This document shows positions 27,001 through 41,805 of a stretch of DNA of 64,000 nt, one piece after another. A program made the translations under genes and the position numbers. Each line of letters opens with the position of its first letter. Positions within the stretch are counted from its first letter, which is position 1. This DNA comes from Octopus vulgaris (lineage: Eukaryota): positions 12,462,001 to 12,526,000 of the forward strand of contig OX597834.1 of NCBI GenBank assembly GCA_951406725.2. Reading direction: 5' to 3'. Below the pieces are notes generated by a model that saw nothing but the letters and a program-made list of their open reading frames with translations, had not been told where the DNA came from and made no database searches.

Positions 27001-27669
27001 AAAAATAACACATTTAAAAAAAAAAAAAAATACTTTACTGTATAATCATGTTTTTATCAATTTCACAGGATTCTTTAAACAAGTTTATTAGACGTAAAGT
27101 CGACTCTCATTACTATACTGTAACACTACTGCTCTTAATTTAGCAAATTTTATCATTTTAGCGTAACTGTAAAGTTAATTATGAATGTTTGGAATAACAT
27201 TTATGATTAGCTGCCAAGGAACGCTACTAGGTTAACTGTCCGGTTCGTAGTTGATAGCTTCATATAGTATTGTTGATGCCGTAGGTGAGATATCAGAGGT
27301 ATTTGAAGTTGAAGTTAGATGATATACATCATCCTTCATCTTGGTAAATGTTTCACCCAAGCCAAGTTGTTGGAAGGATTGTTCACATTTCATTGTGTAT
27401 ATTTTCCGGTAAGAAACGTAAATTCATTTGTAGTAGTTCTGGTAGTTTCATAAGTTTGATCTGTTAACTCCCCCACTGAACGAACCATGGGAAAGCCTTT
27501 CCGTCATATCTCGTTTTATGTTTCTTATTATTGTCTTCGCAATAATATTTTTCCATAGGATTTCTATAGTTTTCAGAACGATGTTTATATCTTCCGAGTT
27601 TGTAAGATGACGGACTTGTATAAAGAATACCTTCGACGGTATTTACTATTGTCTATTTAGTCTGCCACT

Positions 27670-28012
27670 ATATTCTGAGTTCAAATTCCGCTCAGGTCGA
27701 CTTTGCCTTTCATCCTCTCGGGGTCGATAAATTAAGTACCAGTTATGCACTGGGGTTGATATAATCGACTTAATCCGTTTGCCTGTCCTTGTTTGTCCCC
27801 TCTGTGTTTAGCCCCTTGTGGGTAGTAAAGAAATAGGTATTTATTATCATCTAGTTAGTCTGCCACAACATTCTGAGTTCAAATTCCGCTGAGGTTAACT
27901 TTGCCTTTCATTATTTCAATATAGATAAATTTAGTACCAGCTGCATACTGGGGTCGGTATAATCGGCTATCTCCTCTGGCAAATTTCGCGCCTTGTGCCT
28001 ATAGTAGAAAAG
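27670..28012 (+). mobile_element. SINE family B, two tandem units plus tail
   Basis: ttctgagttcaaattccgct occurs twice (~27673 and ~27871); tail gccttgtgcctatagtagaaaag. Confidence 0.85.
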
Positions 28013-28969
28013 ATATTTACCGTTGTCTGCTATAGTTTCCTCATTAAGATTATATAGAATAACCTCGTAATAAGATCCAGGAACTTATGACGTGCTGCTA
28101 ATGTGCAGGGACGTAAATACACCAACACTGGTTGTGAAGCATGGACATACATATACATAAGAACATAGAGATTAACACACACAAACACACACACACACAC
28201 ACATTCGATAAGCTTCTTTCAGTTTCCGTCTCTCAAACCCAGTCGCAGAGCTTGGGTCGGCTCGAGGCTGTGACACGGAATGGGACTGAACCTGGAGTCA
28301 TGAAGAACCAAAACAAAACTCTTCCCACACACTTACATCCTTCGCCGATGTAGACCAAAATAAATAGATATTCCTAATCTGTTCTGCCTTTGGTAAAACA
28401 CAATAGCAAACTTCCAGTGACGTTATTCAAGTAAGAAAGATATTGCTTAGAAGGTCTTGAAACTTTAATGGACTCCGGAAGGCAATTTTTTCCAACTGAA
28501 TGCAAAGTTCTTATAAACAAAATATGGAAAATTTCATTATAAAAAATGTCAGAACTCGAGAAGTGGCGTGTATTAAACATATATTAATCCTATGTACGTG
28601 TTATGAATGTATATGTATGTATACGTGTGTGTAAATGCATATATATATACACACACACACACATACATATATATATATACACAAATATACACACATACAT
28701 ATATATATACACATATATATATATCTACCCACATATATATGTATATATATCTACCTATATATAGACACACACACATACATACACATATATATATATATAT
28801 ACATATATACATATGTATATATATTCATAGATATGTATTCATAGATGCATGAATTGTTTTAGTTTTGTTTTTCTATGTTTTATTATATTGTGTTTTATTT
28901 TGTTTCTCTGTGAATGTGTGAGTTGTAAGTTTTGTGTTTGGTCGTTTTTGTTCACGTGAGCGCGACTCT

Positions 28970-28983
28970 ACATATGTGTACGA

Positions 28984-29041
<58 letters not shown>

Positions 29042-29047
29042 GTACGA

Positions 29048-29079
<32 letters not shown>

Positions 29080-29195
29080 GAATATATATATATATATATA
29101 TATATGTACGAATATATATATATATATATATATGTACGAATATATATATATATATATATATACGAGAATATATATATATATATATATATACATAC

Positions 29196-29234
<39 letters not shown>

Positions 29235-29260
29235 CATGTACATATACATACACACACATA
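28970..29260. repeat. Higher-order microsatellite, unit tgtacgaa(ta)n
   Basis: tacgaa/tacgag interruptions recur about seven times. Confidence 0.9.
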
Positions 29261-29764
29261 GAGAGAGAGAGATGGGGAGATATTTTTCCCAAGATAAAAA
29301 TTTATTGATTTTCATATCAAAACCTCCCTCTTAATCGGCATTTTCTAAAACATATTTTCGGAAATGTATTGACCCATGAAATTAAAAAAAAAAATTATTT
29401 CCAATGTCATGCATTTATGAGGAGTATATACAATCATATACAATTTCATTTTACTGTTCACATATTAGATGTACAATAATGCATACACCTCCGTCGACCT
29501 AGTGAATTATAATGGTATATCACTTTGTGCCTGGTTTGCGTTCGTATTTTAAAAGCATGACGGTGGGAGACAGTTAATTTTTGTGATGGTGACAGGGAGG
29601 GACTATACATTCTTTTTTTCTTTTTCGTTATTTTATTTATTTATTTTTGAAAGTTCTTGTTAGAGAATTAAATATTTTAATGTAAAATGCCCACATGTTT
29701 AGAAACAAGCGCAGTTTCAAATACACACACACATGTATGTATGCATGCATGTTTAGCTATGTGT

Positions 29765-29790
29765 ATATCTATCTATCTATATACATCTCA

Positions 29791-29823
<33 letters not shown>

Positions 29824-29883
29824 CATCTCACTCTCTCTCTCTCTATATATATATACATCTCACTCTCTCTCTATATATATACA

Positions 29884-29917
<34 letters not shown>

Positions 29918-30007
29918 CATCTCACTCTCTCTCTCTATATATATATATATACATCTCACTCTCTCTCTATATATATACATCTCTCTCTCTCTCTATATAT
30001 ATATACA

Positions 30008-30083
<76 letters not shown>

Positions 30084-30085
30084 CA

Positions 30086-30121
<36 letters not shown>

Positions 30122-30125
30122 AATA

Positions 30126-30157
<32 letters not shown>

Positions 30158-30292
30158 CATCTCTCTCTCTATATTTATATACATCTCTCTCTCTCTATAT
30201 ATATATATACATCTCTCCCTCTCTCTCTCTATATATATATATACATCTCTCCCTCTCCCTCTATATATATATATATACATCTCTCCCTCTCC

Positions 30293-30330
<38 letters not shown>
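29765..30330. repeat. Higher-order (CT)n(AT)n microsatellite
   Basis: acatct(ct)n(at)n repeated. Confidence 0.92.
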
Positions 30331-30331
<1 letters not shown>

Positions 30332-30994
30332 CATACAAACAAACACATACATATATTCATACATACATAATTACATATGTGTATTTGGAGGATACCGTAT
30401 TAGTTGTAAGTTCTAGTTAACAACCAACCACACGGAACAGTATGTGTGACTACATTTAGTTGTAAGTCATTCCGTCCTTCCAGTAAGTAATAGCGTGTTC
30501 TCTTCGTTTGCCAGTAAAAATTGTCTGCAATATGTATGAATATAAATAAGTCTTAAGAGTATGTTACCTGTACATCATCAACACGTATTTTATGGTCATA
30601 TACGGCATATTATATTGACCTGCAGAAACTACTCACTGTTTAAAAGGAAATCTTGAAGCCTCAGCGACAATATTGCAAGTTTGCATTTGCAATAATGAGT
30701 GATCGCTGTAGCGGAAACACGTGTAGGTCATTATACATGTCTCAATACTCTTTATCTTTATTAATATATAAATATATATGTATAATCCGTCACCTATCTT
30801 TCTGTCTTTTGACTTTCTCTTATATCTATCCTCTATGTTTTGTATCGTATGTATAAACATATATGATACAAATAAATTCTATATACGCACATAGAAAATG
30901 TATCGCTAAATTTGACTCCTTTCATAAAAGAAAATGAAAAGTATTTTAAAACATCAAAAATATCAACAAGAATATAATAGATATATAAGCCTTT

Positions 30995-31400
30995 ACTCTA
31001 AGTAGCCGCCCTTAAATTCCACAACAGATCCGAAATCTGGTTCATGCGTTCTTCGTTGTGTCCTTTGGAAGATCAACCATGCTATATTTTATTCAACTGT
31101 TCGGTCTTCATGTTGTTCGCAGAGCGGTAGAGGACTTTCCCAACTATGATCTATGCATAAAGAAAAATTAGATGTCATGAGATTACTGTCGCAGAGAATT
31201 GGGAGGCCAGAAATATGGGATGTTGAAGTGGTAAGAATTCTACAACAACCACTTCTGACTCTTTTCGGATGGCAAGGAGATATATCCTGCTACGACAAGT
31301 GTGACCTTCCAATAGCAGCCTTCGTCAGCCACAGTTTGACAATAGTGTACGTCATCTAATAACCTTTTGAACTGAGCCGAAGGCTCTGTTTAGATATGCA
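30995..31400 (-). pseudogene. Second decayed DD37D (maT-like) transposase C-terminus
   Basis: Minus-strand pieces GRSHLS*QDISPCH, KSQKWLL*NSYHFNIPYFWPPNS and VVEFKGGYLE* with frameshifts. Confidence 0.6.
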
Positions 31401-31715
31401 GCATAACGCAAGTCCACTCTGGAGACACGTGCAAAGACAAAGTTAAGGAGAACTTGATTTCCATGATGTCTATCTCAAGCCCTACAGTTTTTAGAATGCC
31501 GATAGAGCCTCCGGCAGCAGTCACAATGTCTGCATTTCGATGCAGAGCACATAACATTATGATACAAGTAACTATTTTCCAATGTTCATATGTCTCCCAG
31601 TGCCACACGTTAGGTCACTTTGTTTCAACTATAACCGTAATATCAATGCCTTCCAACGTCGTTGATTTATCCCCAAGACATGAAGCTTCCACCCCTGCCA
31701 ATAAAGGAGACAGAC

Positions 31716-32035
31716 AAGGCGGCCAGCTGGCAGAAACGTTAGCATGCAGGGCGAAATGCTTAGTGGTATTTCGTCTACGGTTACGCTTTGAGCTCAAATT
31801 CCGCCGAGGTCGACTCTGCCTTTCATCCTTTCGGGGTCGATTAAGTAAGTACTAGTTACGCACTGGGGTCGATATAATCGACTTAATCCGTTTGTCTGTC
31901 CTTGTTTGTCCGCTCTGTGTTTAGCTCCTTGTGGGTAATAAAGAAATAGGTATTTCGTCTGCCGCTACGATCTGAGATCAAATTCCGCCGAGGTAGACTT
32001 TGCCTTTCATCCTTTCGGGGTCGATAAATTAAGTT
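31716..32035 (+). mobile_element. SINE family B, head plus about 1.5 tandem units
   Basis: aaggcggccagctggcagaaacgttagc head; junction aaagaaataggtatttcgtctgccg at ~31940-31965. Confidence 0.88.
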
Positions 32036-32037
32036 TA

Positions 32038-32265
32038 TCGCATTGTTTTCTCCTCCAAATGACGCCACCCCGCTGTCAAAGCGAGCAGGCTAACAAAAGA
32101 AAGAGTTAGAGACAGTTGCGTCGAAAGAGTACAGCAGGGGTCGCCACCCCACCCCTGCTGCAGCCCTCGCTCAATAAATACTCACAACGCCTGTTCTGGG
32201 AATCGAAACCACGATCCTACGACCACGGGTACGCTGCCCTAACCAACGAGCCATTGCGCCTCCAC
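32038..32265 (-). mobile_element. Third tRNA-derived SINE family (C), head and body
   Basis: Minus strand gtggaggcgcaatggctcgttggttagggc (A box) ... ggtttcgattccc (B box); shares cgcattgtttt...aaatgacgccaccccgct with 60292-60327. Confidence 0.7.
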
Positions 32266-33195
32266 ACACACCACACATACACACACATATATATATACAT
32301 ACATGCATATATATACATACATATACATACATATACATGCATATATATACATACATATACATACATATACATGCATATATATACATACATATACATACAT
32401 ATACATGCATATATATACATACATATACATACATATACATGCATATATATACATATATATATATACATGCATATATATATATATACACATATATATATAT
32501 ACATATATATATACACATATATATATACACATATATATATACACATATATATATACACATATATATATACACATATATATACACATATATATACACATAT
32601 ATATATACACATATATACACACACATATACACATATATACATATACACACATACACACATATATATATATACACATATATATACATATATATATACACAC
32701 ACATATATACATATATATATACACACACATATATACATATATATATACACACACATATATACATATACACACATATATACACATATACACATATATATAT
32801 ATACACACACATATATACATATATACATATACACACATATACATATACACACATATACACAGATATACATATACACACATATACACAGATATACATAGAC
32901 ACACAATATATACATATATACACACATATACACATATATACACACATATACACATACACACATATATATACACATATATACACATACACACATATATATA
33001 TATACACATACACACACATATATATATACACATATATACATACATATATATATATACACACACACATATACACACACACACACATATATATATATATACA
33101 CAGAGAGAGAGAGGACGAGAGAAAGAGTGTGAGATGTGTGTATATGTGTTTGTATGCGTATATGCTTCTCATACACACACTCACACACACACATT
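32266..33195. repeat. Compound (TA)/(CA) microsatellite, ~900 bp
   Basis: Directly visible. Confidence 0.95.
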
Positions 33196-33786
33196 TATAT
33201 TCATGAGTTGCTTCTATATGGCAAGTGATTTGATCAGAAACCGTCTGTTGGGATTAAAACAAGAGTTTCTGTCACTTCTGCATTTTTCGCTTTCCTCTTT
33301 TCATTGGCTCTTTCCTCTCTTTCCCTGACCTTCTCACTTTCCCTATCTTCCTCAATTCCTCTTGTTGATTTTGCTTGTCAATGTCTATGTCAGGTCAAGG
33401 TGTTATATATATCTTCCGTTCTTACATTCGCTACTTTATTTTATCGCAAACATTCCTGTTTTCCTTCACTGAACTACATTATCGTTCATCTTCCATCTAG
33501 CTACGTCGTGGTATTTAAGCTTTGTTCAGTATCTGTTTTGTTTTTTTCTTCTGGAAAAGCTGTAATAGCAGAGAGACGTGGGAACTCGTGATCGCACTCT
33601 TAAACATAGCAAATTTCTTTCAGCTTATTTATATCGTTAATATTTCTTTATTTCCACATTCCTTGGCGGATTCTACACTTCTTGATGGCTGTTGTAATTT
33701 TGTCGCGTATAAATTTTGCTACTACATTTGGTCTTTCACGCTCCTTTTGACCTTCTGATGTCCAATGTCTTTCCAGATTCATACCC

Positions 33787-34007
33787 GTTTCTTTACTACC
33801 CACAAGCGGTTAAATACAGAGGGGACAAACAAGGACAGACGTAGGTATTAAGTCGATTACATCGACACCAGTGCGTAACTGGTACTTAATTTATCGACCC
33901 CGAAAGGATGAAAGGCAAAGTTGACCTCGGTGGAATTTGAACTCAGAACGTAACGGCAGACGAAATACGGCTACGCATTTCGCCCGGCGTGCTAACGTTT
34001 CTGCCAA
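33787..34007 (-). mobile_element. SINE family B, one unit plus head
   Basis: tttctttactacccacaag ... gcatttcgcccggcgtgctaacgtttctgcca. Confidence 0.88.
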
Positions 34008-34639
34008 TACCTGAACAAAGAACCAATCATCAAGCATTTAATCCAACTGTGACCATCGTGTCTGATTTATTGCTTCCTGTACCTAGTGTCTGTCACATAA
34101 TGGAAAATTCGCTTATCCAAAGATGTAAGAATTATATCTATAGGCGGTTTGACTGCTATTTCCAGCAGTTGGTACCATATTGTGGTACACTAATTCGTTT
34201 GTCACAGGTTTAGTATAATTTCTGTTTTTCATAACTGAGTCAAAATACTGTAGGTGTTATCCCTTTCTTTTCCCTTCATTCTGGAGCCAATATTTTATGT
34301 ATCAGCTCTCTATTGTTGTTCAATAATGCAAAAATACTTCTACTATCAATTACTTTTCGATATACATCTATCACTCTATAATGCATATTATCGGGTGTTG
34401 CTATACACCGCTGGTTCCACTTATCTTTAATTTTTTCCTGATTGTCTCCTGTTTCAAGTTTGTTCCAAATCGTTCAATTAAATTATCTTCTCACCGTCCT
34501 ATAGAGAACTTCCGCGTAGCTTTTCTCAATTTCTTGTATAATATTCGTTAAGTGTAATCAACCACTTGTTTTCTCTAAATCTTGCAACATGACCAGCCCA
34601 GCAGACTTGTGGTTTCAGAATCCTGCGATAGAGTCGTAA

Positions 34640-35312
34640 ATTCTATTTATTTCGAAGATCCATTTTTCGTCACCAGTCACAAGTCTGTCGAAAAACGTTG
34701 TAATAAGTTCGCGAGAATGGTGAAAAGAGCAGATACAAACCCAGCATTTGCGGTTGCTTTCGGACAATTCATGAGGCACACTTTTCCAACTTTAGGAACT
34801 TTTCCAAGTTGTTGAAGATGACAATGAACAGTTATCTCATTTGAACTAAGCTTTATTGCCAATTCTTGAACTGATAGTACAAGATATTTTTTCAAGTAAT
34901 GCATCAAGGAGCTTGTCATCAAACTCAACTGTACGTCCTGTTTGATCTTCATCTTCAAGGCTGAAATCTCCACTTCTGAATTTTGCAAACCATCTTTTGC
35001 AAGCTCTTCCATTCAAGCATTCTCTCCCATAAACTGAGTGTATGTTTTGAGTCGCTTCGGCTGCAGAGTTTCCTTTTTTTGTACTCATAAAGCATTATAT
35101 GCCTGAAATGCTCTTTCGATACTTCCATGTTAGAAAGGGTTTTAATCAAAGAAATCTTAATTCTATTATTCTGTAAAATAATATTTAATTAGTTTAAAGG
35201 TACACAAATGAACAAAAATAATTTTTAATTCCGTTAGACATTCTAAAATACAGTTAAATTTCATTCAATTTAAAAAATGTTAAAATCGGACAGAAATTAC
35301 GGGATGACCTGA
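34640..35312 (-). pseudogene. Decayed mariner transposase, left TIR to first catalytic Asp
   Basis: TIR-like tatcaggtcatcccgtaatttctgtccgat at the right edge; frameshifted MEVSKEHFRHIMLYEYKK/GNSAAEATQNIHSVYG...KRWFAKFRSGDFSLEDEDQTGR (HTH region), TVHCHLQQLGKVPK, FFDRLVTGDEKW. Confidence 0.88.
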
Positions 35313-35581
35313 TATGTGGTGTATCTGTGTATCTCACGGTATTATACAGAGTTACAGATACCGCGGTTCACAAGTGTGTACATATGAGTCGGAATATGTA
35401 CGTGCGTATAAATGTATCAAGGCATTTATGTATGTATATGTATGTTAACATACAAACAATGGTATCATGGTGGGAATATTTGAGCTCACCTCATAAATTA
35501 TGTATTTTATACTGTCTCATGATATATTTGGTTACTGTTTTGAATATTTGTATCGATGTAAGAGTCTAAGTATATACACAG

Positions 35582-36161
35582 AGGCGCAGCAGTGGCTGTG
35601 TGGTAAGAAGATTGCTTCCCAACCAAATGATTCCGGGTTCAGTCCAAGTGTGTGGTACATTGGGCAAGTGTCTACTACGATAGTCTCACGTTGGCGAGAG
35701 CCTGGTCAGTAGATTTGGTAGACGAAAACTGAAAGAAGCCCATAGCGTGTGTGTGTGTGTGTATATGTATGCATGTATGTATATATATATATATATAATT
35801 AAATTATCTCAAACAGTGATAGACTTAGGCAATTATCAGTAGAGTTAGATACGAGTGGTGAACGAATTAAATGATTATATATATATATATATATATATAT
35901 GTATACATAAATCTAATTTTTCCCTGTAAGTTTGGATATACTCCGTTATTATTATTATTATATGTATGTATTAGTGTGTCTGTGTTTGTCCCCCACCATC
36001 GCTTGACAACGGATGTTGGTATGTTTACTTCCAGCAGGTCGGCAAAAAGAGCGATAGAATATGTACGAGGCTTACAAAGAGTAAGTCCCGGGTCGATTTG
36101 TTCGACTAAAAGCGGTACTCCAGCATGGCCGTAGTAAAATGACTGAAACAAGTAAAAGAGT
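35582..36161 (+). mobile_element. SINE family A, with an unrelated insert in its internal microsatellite
   Basis: 5' half 35582-35748, 3' half 35975-36161; the intervening ~35800-35875 also matches 37820-37877. Confidence 0.75.
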
Positions 36162-36172
36162 ATAAGAATAAA

Positions 36173-36210
<38 letters not shown>

Positions 36211-36213
<3 letters not shown>

Positions 36214-36570
36214 GAGCAAAACGCCCTACCCCCTCGTCCAGTGGACGGTGCTGAGGTTGTCAAACATTTAAACCAAATTTTCTCAAAACAACTAGTCCGA
36301 CCGTCCCTTTTGAGAAACACTGATTTAACCTAATTTTGAGTCATCAGAAAAGAAAAAAATAAAGATAGACTTTTTTTTCTATTCGAAAGAATGCTTTATC
36401 GATCGCATTTTCACCTAGAATCGATTAAAAAATGTTTTTTGAAAACTTATGCACGCTCTGATATCGTCGGTATCTACATATCAAATTTGCGTGCAATCGG
36501 ATGGAGGATGCCTGAGATCCTATAAGACACACAGAGAGACAGAGAAAACGGATTTTATTTAATAGATATA
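36211..36570 (+). mobile_element. Possible non-autonomous Helitron/Helentron-like relic
   Basis: Ends with caaatttgcgtgcaatcgg ... acagagagacagaga ... ttttatttaatagat, an arrangement resembling DINE-1/Lep1-like elements; recognition only. Confidence 0.3.
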
Positions 36571-36939
36571 CAAGTAATTAAGATTCAGTTGAATTCTGTA
36601 CTTAAGTTGAAGCACCAAATCAGTCCGGTATTTAATGCACAGCTCGAACTAAGGTAAATAAAATATGAAAAAAGGATTTGAAGTCGTAATGCAGTACGAC
36701 CGTTTCAAGTTACTCCATTTCATTGAACCATACAATCTTTACGTCAATTTTAAATACAACGCTATCACGAAATATAGCAATATATGCTTCAAAACAAAGG
36801 AGTTTTGCACCACGTATTTGTAATCGTGTATATATATATATATAGATAAATGTGTGTGTGTGTATGTATGTGAATTTTGAAAATTTATAGCTTATAGACT
36901 CGAGGCATGTTTATCATCGCCTCGTGGATATATGTTAGT

Positions 36940-37046
36940 CCTTGGCTTTTCTGCTGACGAGGCAACGCCAGTGGTAAATAAATTAATTAAATTAATTTAA
37001 TTACGAAAGATTTCCGAAACTATGCATAGTCCAGAAAGGAGAGGGT
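36940..37046 (+). ncRNA. Type I hammerhead ribozyme, apparently complete, with long AU-rich stem II
   Basis: CTTTTCTG CTGACGA(36954-36960) GG...CC GAA ACTAT-GC-ATAGT C / CAGAAAGG; 8-bp stem I; predicted GUC cleavage after 37031. Confidence 0.82.
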
Positions 37047-37148
37047 AAACGTTTTTATTTCTCTTTCCATTTCAGAATTACAACTATTAGTGGTTTGGAG
37101 TTTGGCTGCTCTTTCTAGTGAGTCGGTTGTCCTATTATGGCCATCCCT

Positions 37149-37188
37149 TATATGTTTGAATATATATAGACATGTATGTATGTATGTG

Positions 37189-37221
<33 letters not shown>

Positions 37222-37256
37222 ATATATATGTGTGTGTGTGTGTGTTTATATATATA

Positions 37257-37291
<35 letters not shown>

Positions 37292-37314
37292 GTGTGTGTG
37301 TGTATATATATATA

Positions 37315-37349
<35 letters not shown>

Positions 37350-37380
37350 GTGTGTGTATATATATATATATGTGTGTGTG

Positions 37381-37473
<93 letters not shown>

Positions 37474-37676
37474 GTTTGTGTGTGTGTATATAAATATATA
37501 TATATATGTTTGTGTGTATATATATGTGTGTGTGTGTATATATATATATGTGTGTGTGTATATATATATATATGTGTGTGTATGTGTGTGTGTTTGTATA
37601 TATATATATGCTTGTATATATACATGTGTGCATATACACATACGTTTGTGTGTATGCACGCACGTGTATGTGTGTG
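37149..37676. repeat. Compound (TG)n(TA)n microsatellite
   Basis: Directly visible. Confidence 0.95.
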
Positions 37677-38407
37677 AGAGCCAGATATCCACATACTTAT
37701 GAACATCGGGAAGAGAAATGGAATTTAATTTGTAATTGCATATAAAACCGCCAGATATCCACACCTTTATATTTACACATGTTATTTGTTATCCTTTTGT
37801 ATGAAATGCAAATAACTCTCGACTTAGGCAATTACCGGCAGAATTAGATACGAATGGTGTACGAATTAAATGATTACAGGTCGTCGACCGCTCCTCCAGT
37901 CATGTATCATAACAAAACAAACCTTCAAACTCTCCTTCAGAAGTGTATTACATGAATAAAGATATTCAAACCATCTTCGGCTTCTCATTGGGTACTGGTT
38001 TTATAAAAGAGAATACTCATTAAATCATTTTGTTTTTGATACTTTATTTTATAATTCAGGTTCTGTACTAATTTTACGAATGTTTCTGACATGTTTGAAG
38101 TGTTCGGGGCCGTTTTTCACACGGCTACCCACTGCACTCGTCTTCACAGACACAGAAGTCTATCAATACATACATACATCAACCAATCCACAAAGACCTG
38201 CGCGCGCCTATTGTTTAAATGTAGAGGAAAAAAGGAAAAAAGGAAAGACATTTAAGGGGACAAGTAGTCGGTGTATTAGATTACGCTCGAGAAGAAGAAA
38301 ACAAAGAAAAACCTGGGAGAGAAAAATATGTTGATTAATAGTTTAACCTGAAATGATAGGAGGCTTATATATATATATATATATATGGATGTAAGATGAG
38401 AAATTAT

Positions 38408-39042
<635 letters not shown>

Positions 39043-39574
39043 GTATACACACACACACACATAAACATGTATACACACATACCTACATACATACGTAGAT
39101 ACATAGATAGATACACATGCGCGTGGGCACATTTATTTCTCTGCTTGTTTGAAAACTGTGATCGTCTGCACGTGAAGCCACTTAGTATATTCCAAGTACA
39201 TTTAATAGTGAAAAGAAACATTTCCATTTTATTCTTACCAATACGATCCGGAAACACCAGATTTTATTCTGTTAAAAGCCTATAATCAGGCGAAATGTAG
39301 CTGACACGTGACTGACCAAGATAATGATCGAAAATTTCTCCAACTCTCTTGTATATATTCAAACATTTAAAGCTCTGCTACCATGAATTTGGTAACGTGA
39401 GTAACTAATTATTTCTATCTATATATAACTAATTATGTATAATTAATTATCTATATATAATTAACTAATTACATATAACTAAATATCTATATATATATAG
39501 CTAATTATTTATATATTACTAATTATGTTTATATAACTAATAATTTCTATCTAATTATTTCTACAAATAGGTAA

Positions 39575-39968
39575 CTCTCTTACTCTTTTACTTATTTCAG
39601 TTATTTCAGTCATTTCACTGTGGCCATGCTGGAGCACCGCCTTTGGTCGAGCAAATCGACCCCAGGACTTATTCTTTGTAAGTCTAGTACTTACTCTATC
39701 GGTCTCTTTTGCCGAACCGCTATGTTACGAAGACGTAAACACACCAGCAACGGTTGCCAAGCGATGTTGAGGGGACAAACACAGACACAGAAACATACAT
39801 ACATACAACGGGCTTCTTTCAGCTTCCGCCTACCAAATCCAGTTACAAGGCTTTGGTTGACCCGAGGATATAGTAGAAGACACTGGCCCAAGGTGCCACG
39901 CAGTGGGACTGAACGCAGAACTATGTGGTTCGTAAGGAAGCTACTTACCACACTGCTACTCCTACGCC
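39575..39968 (-). mobile_element. SINE family A, full length
   Basis: Colinear with other copies. Confidence 0.9.
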
Positions 39969-41677
39969 TATTCATTTCTGTTCAAACTCGGGCAAAATTA
40001 CGAGAGAACGGTAAAGAATAAGCATTTTTTTTCTAAATGCACAAGGCCTAAAATTGTGAGGGTGGAGGATTATCACCTACATCGAACCTACTACATGCAA
40101 CATATGTTAACTACCCAGAAAAGATGAAAAGCCAAGCCAGGTCTCATGGAATTTGAACTCCTTTTGACGAAACGCCGCTAAGTAATTTTCCCGGCATACT
40201 AACGATTCTGCCAGCAAGATTTTAGTTGTATTGAGTGGAAGAGAGAGAGACAAGGGTATGGATAATCTTGAGAATACAATTAGAGCAAAACGAACGTAGT
40301 AATATAATAACGCGGTTTTCAAACCGGAAGTAATAACAAAAAAGTTAAACTCGTGGATGAGAAGCACGAAAACAACGACAAGAACAAACGGAAGAAAATA
40401 TTTGAGAACAAGATGAACGGAAGAAACACACATAAAAAGATACAAAGACTATCTTACATAGACAGGCACACACACACACGCAGACTCTCTGTCTCTATAC
40501 ATCGCTCAAACATACATTCACTATGAAAACAACATCGGGAGAAGGAAATACTCGTGGGAGAAATATTCCGTGGAAATATTTTAAAGACGAACCCATAAAG
40601 GTAGATATTACATTAGAGTTTTCTCGTTTCCAGAAAAGATAAATTTAATTGCAGCAGCTTTGGAGGGAAAAACTGTTTTTGCTTTATTTATGTTTGTTTA
40701 TCTGCAAATAAAAAGCCCAACCCAAAAGACTTCCCTTAGTGCTTCGTCTTCGTTTACCCGACCCTAACATTCCTTACCACTCTCCCACGTTGTAACAGAT
40801 ATTACTACTACAACAAACAATAATAATAATAATGGTAATACTTCTACAATAAAGAAAATAAGATAACGGATTTTGTTGGAGAAGAATCCGTCTGATATGA
40901 TAAACTACTTCCTCCTTAGTTACAACGTAGAACATCGTGTGTGTGTGTGTGTGTGTGTGTGTGGAATATTTGTTTTTTCTCGGACAACGCCTTTCAAAGC
41001 ACAGCAACGTGGTGGTGGTTATGATGTCGACTCGTGATCATCGTTATCATCCAGAACAACACCTTCAAGCGTACCAACACCACAATCACCTCTACTACCA
41101 TAACCATCGCCATCCTCACCACTATCATCATCAACATAATCCTCCTTCTCCCCTTGATCATTACCACCATCGTCAGCATCTTCCTCCTCCTCATCATCCA
41201 AATAATCATCTTCATAAACGCATTTCACATATAGTAACGACCAACATCATTATCTCAAGGGCCACTACCACCGCCTTCACCATCACCTCCACCAGCAATA
41301 CCATCATCATTATAAACACCGACGATACAAACACTATTTTTTCTCCACTCCTCTTTATTATGATCAATAAGAAAAACAAGCCCTTCACTAAGAACATCAA
41401 CAGATCCCAAAACTGGATAAATAAACCGATTACAGCAAAAACAAAAACTACCTTTAACCACAATAAACATTAATTATATATGAACAGCGAAGAACGGAAC
41501 ACCTTTAATAGAAAAAAAAATTGCAGCTGCAACATCTGTAAAAGATATCTGCAAGAATAGTTCCTATGGCAAAAAGAGTTAGACATTCCGGAAACCTTCG
41601 AGAATGCCAGAATGCTTTTATTTGGTTCCTAGATCTGCAAGTAACAGTAGTCAATTTTATCACAAGTAGTGCCTTCT

Positions 41678-41805
41678 CTTAACCCTAACCCTAATTAACC
41701 CTAAAACAGATAGAAATGCAATAGATCGATACTAAGGTCATAATTATGGGTGACAATTTCATATGACACTGCTAGAAAAAAATGCCGGTCAAACCGAAAC
41801 GATCT
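41678..41805 (-). mobile_element. One end of the same MITE family as 53562-53989
   Basis: ccctaaccctaattaaccctaaaac...taattatgggtgacaatttcatatgacac...aaaccgaaacgatc is the reverse complement of the 53562 element's left part. Confidence 0.8.

Noticed and set aside
32175-32265. tRNA-like A/B boxes here and at SINE A heads
   Set aside because: They run straight into SINE bodies and do not form a full cloverleaf; not called tRNA genes.
41019-41473. His-rich and Asp/Glu-rich ORFs
   Set aside because: Degenerate (CAT/CAC)n low-complexity tract; no splice or domain evidence.
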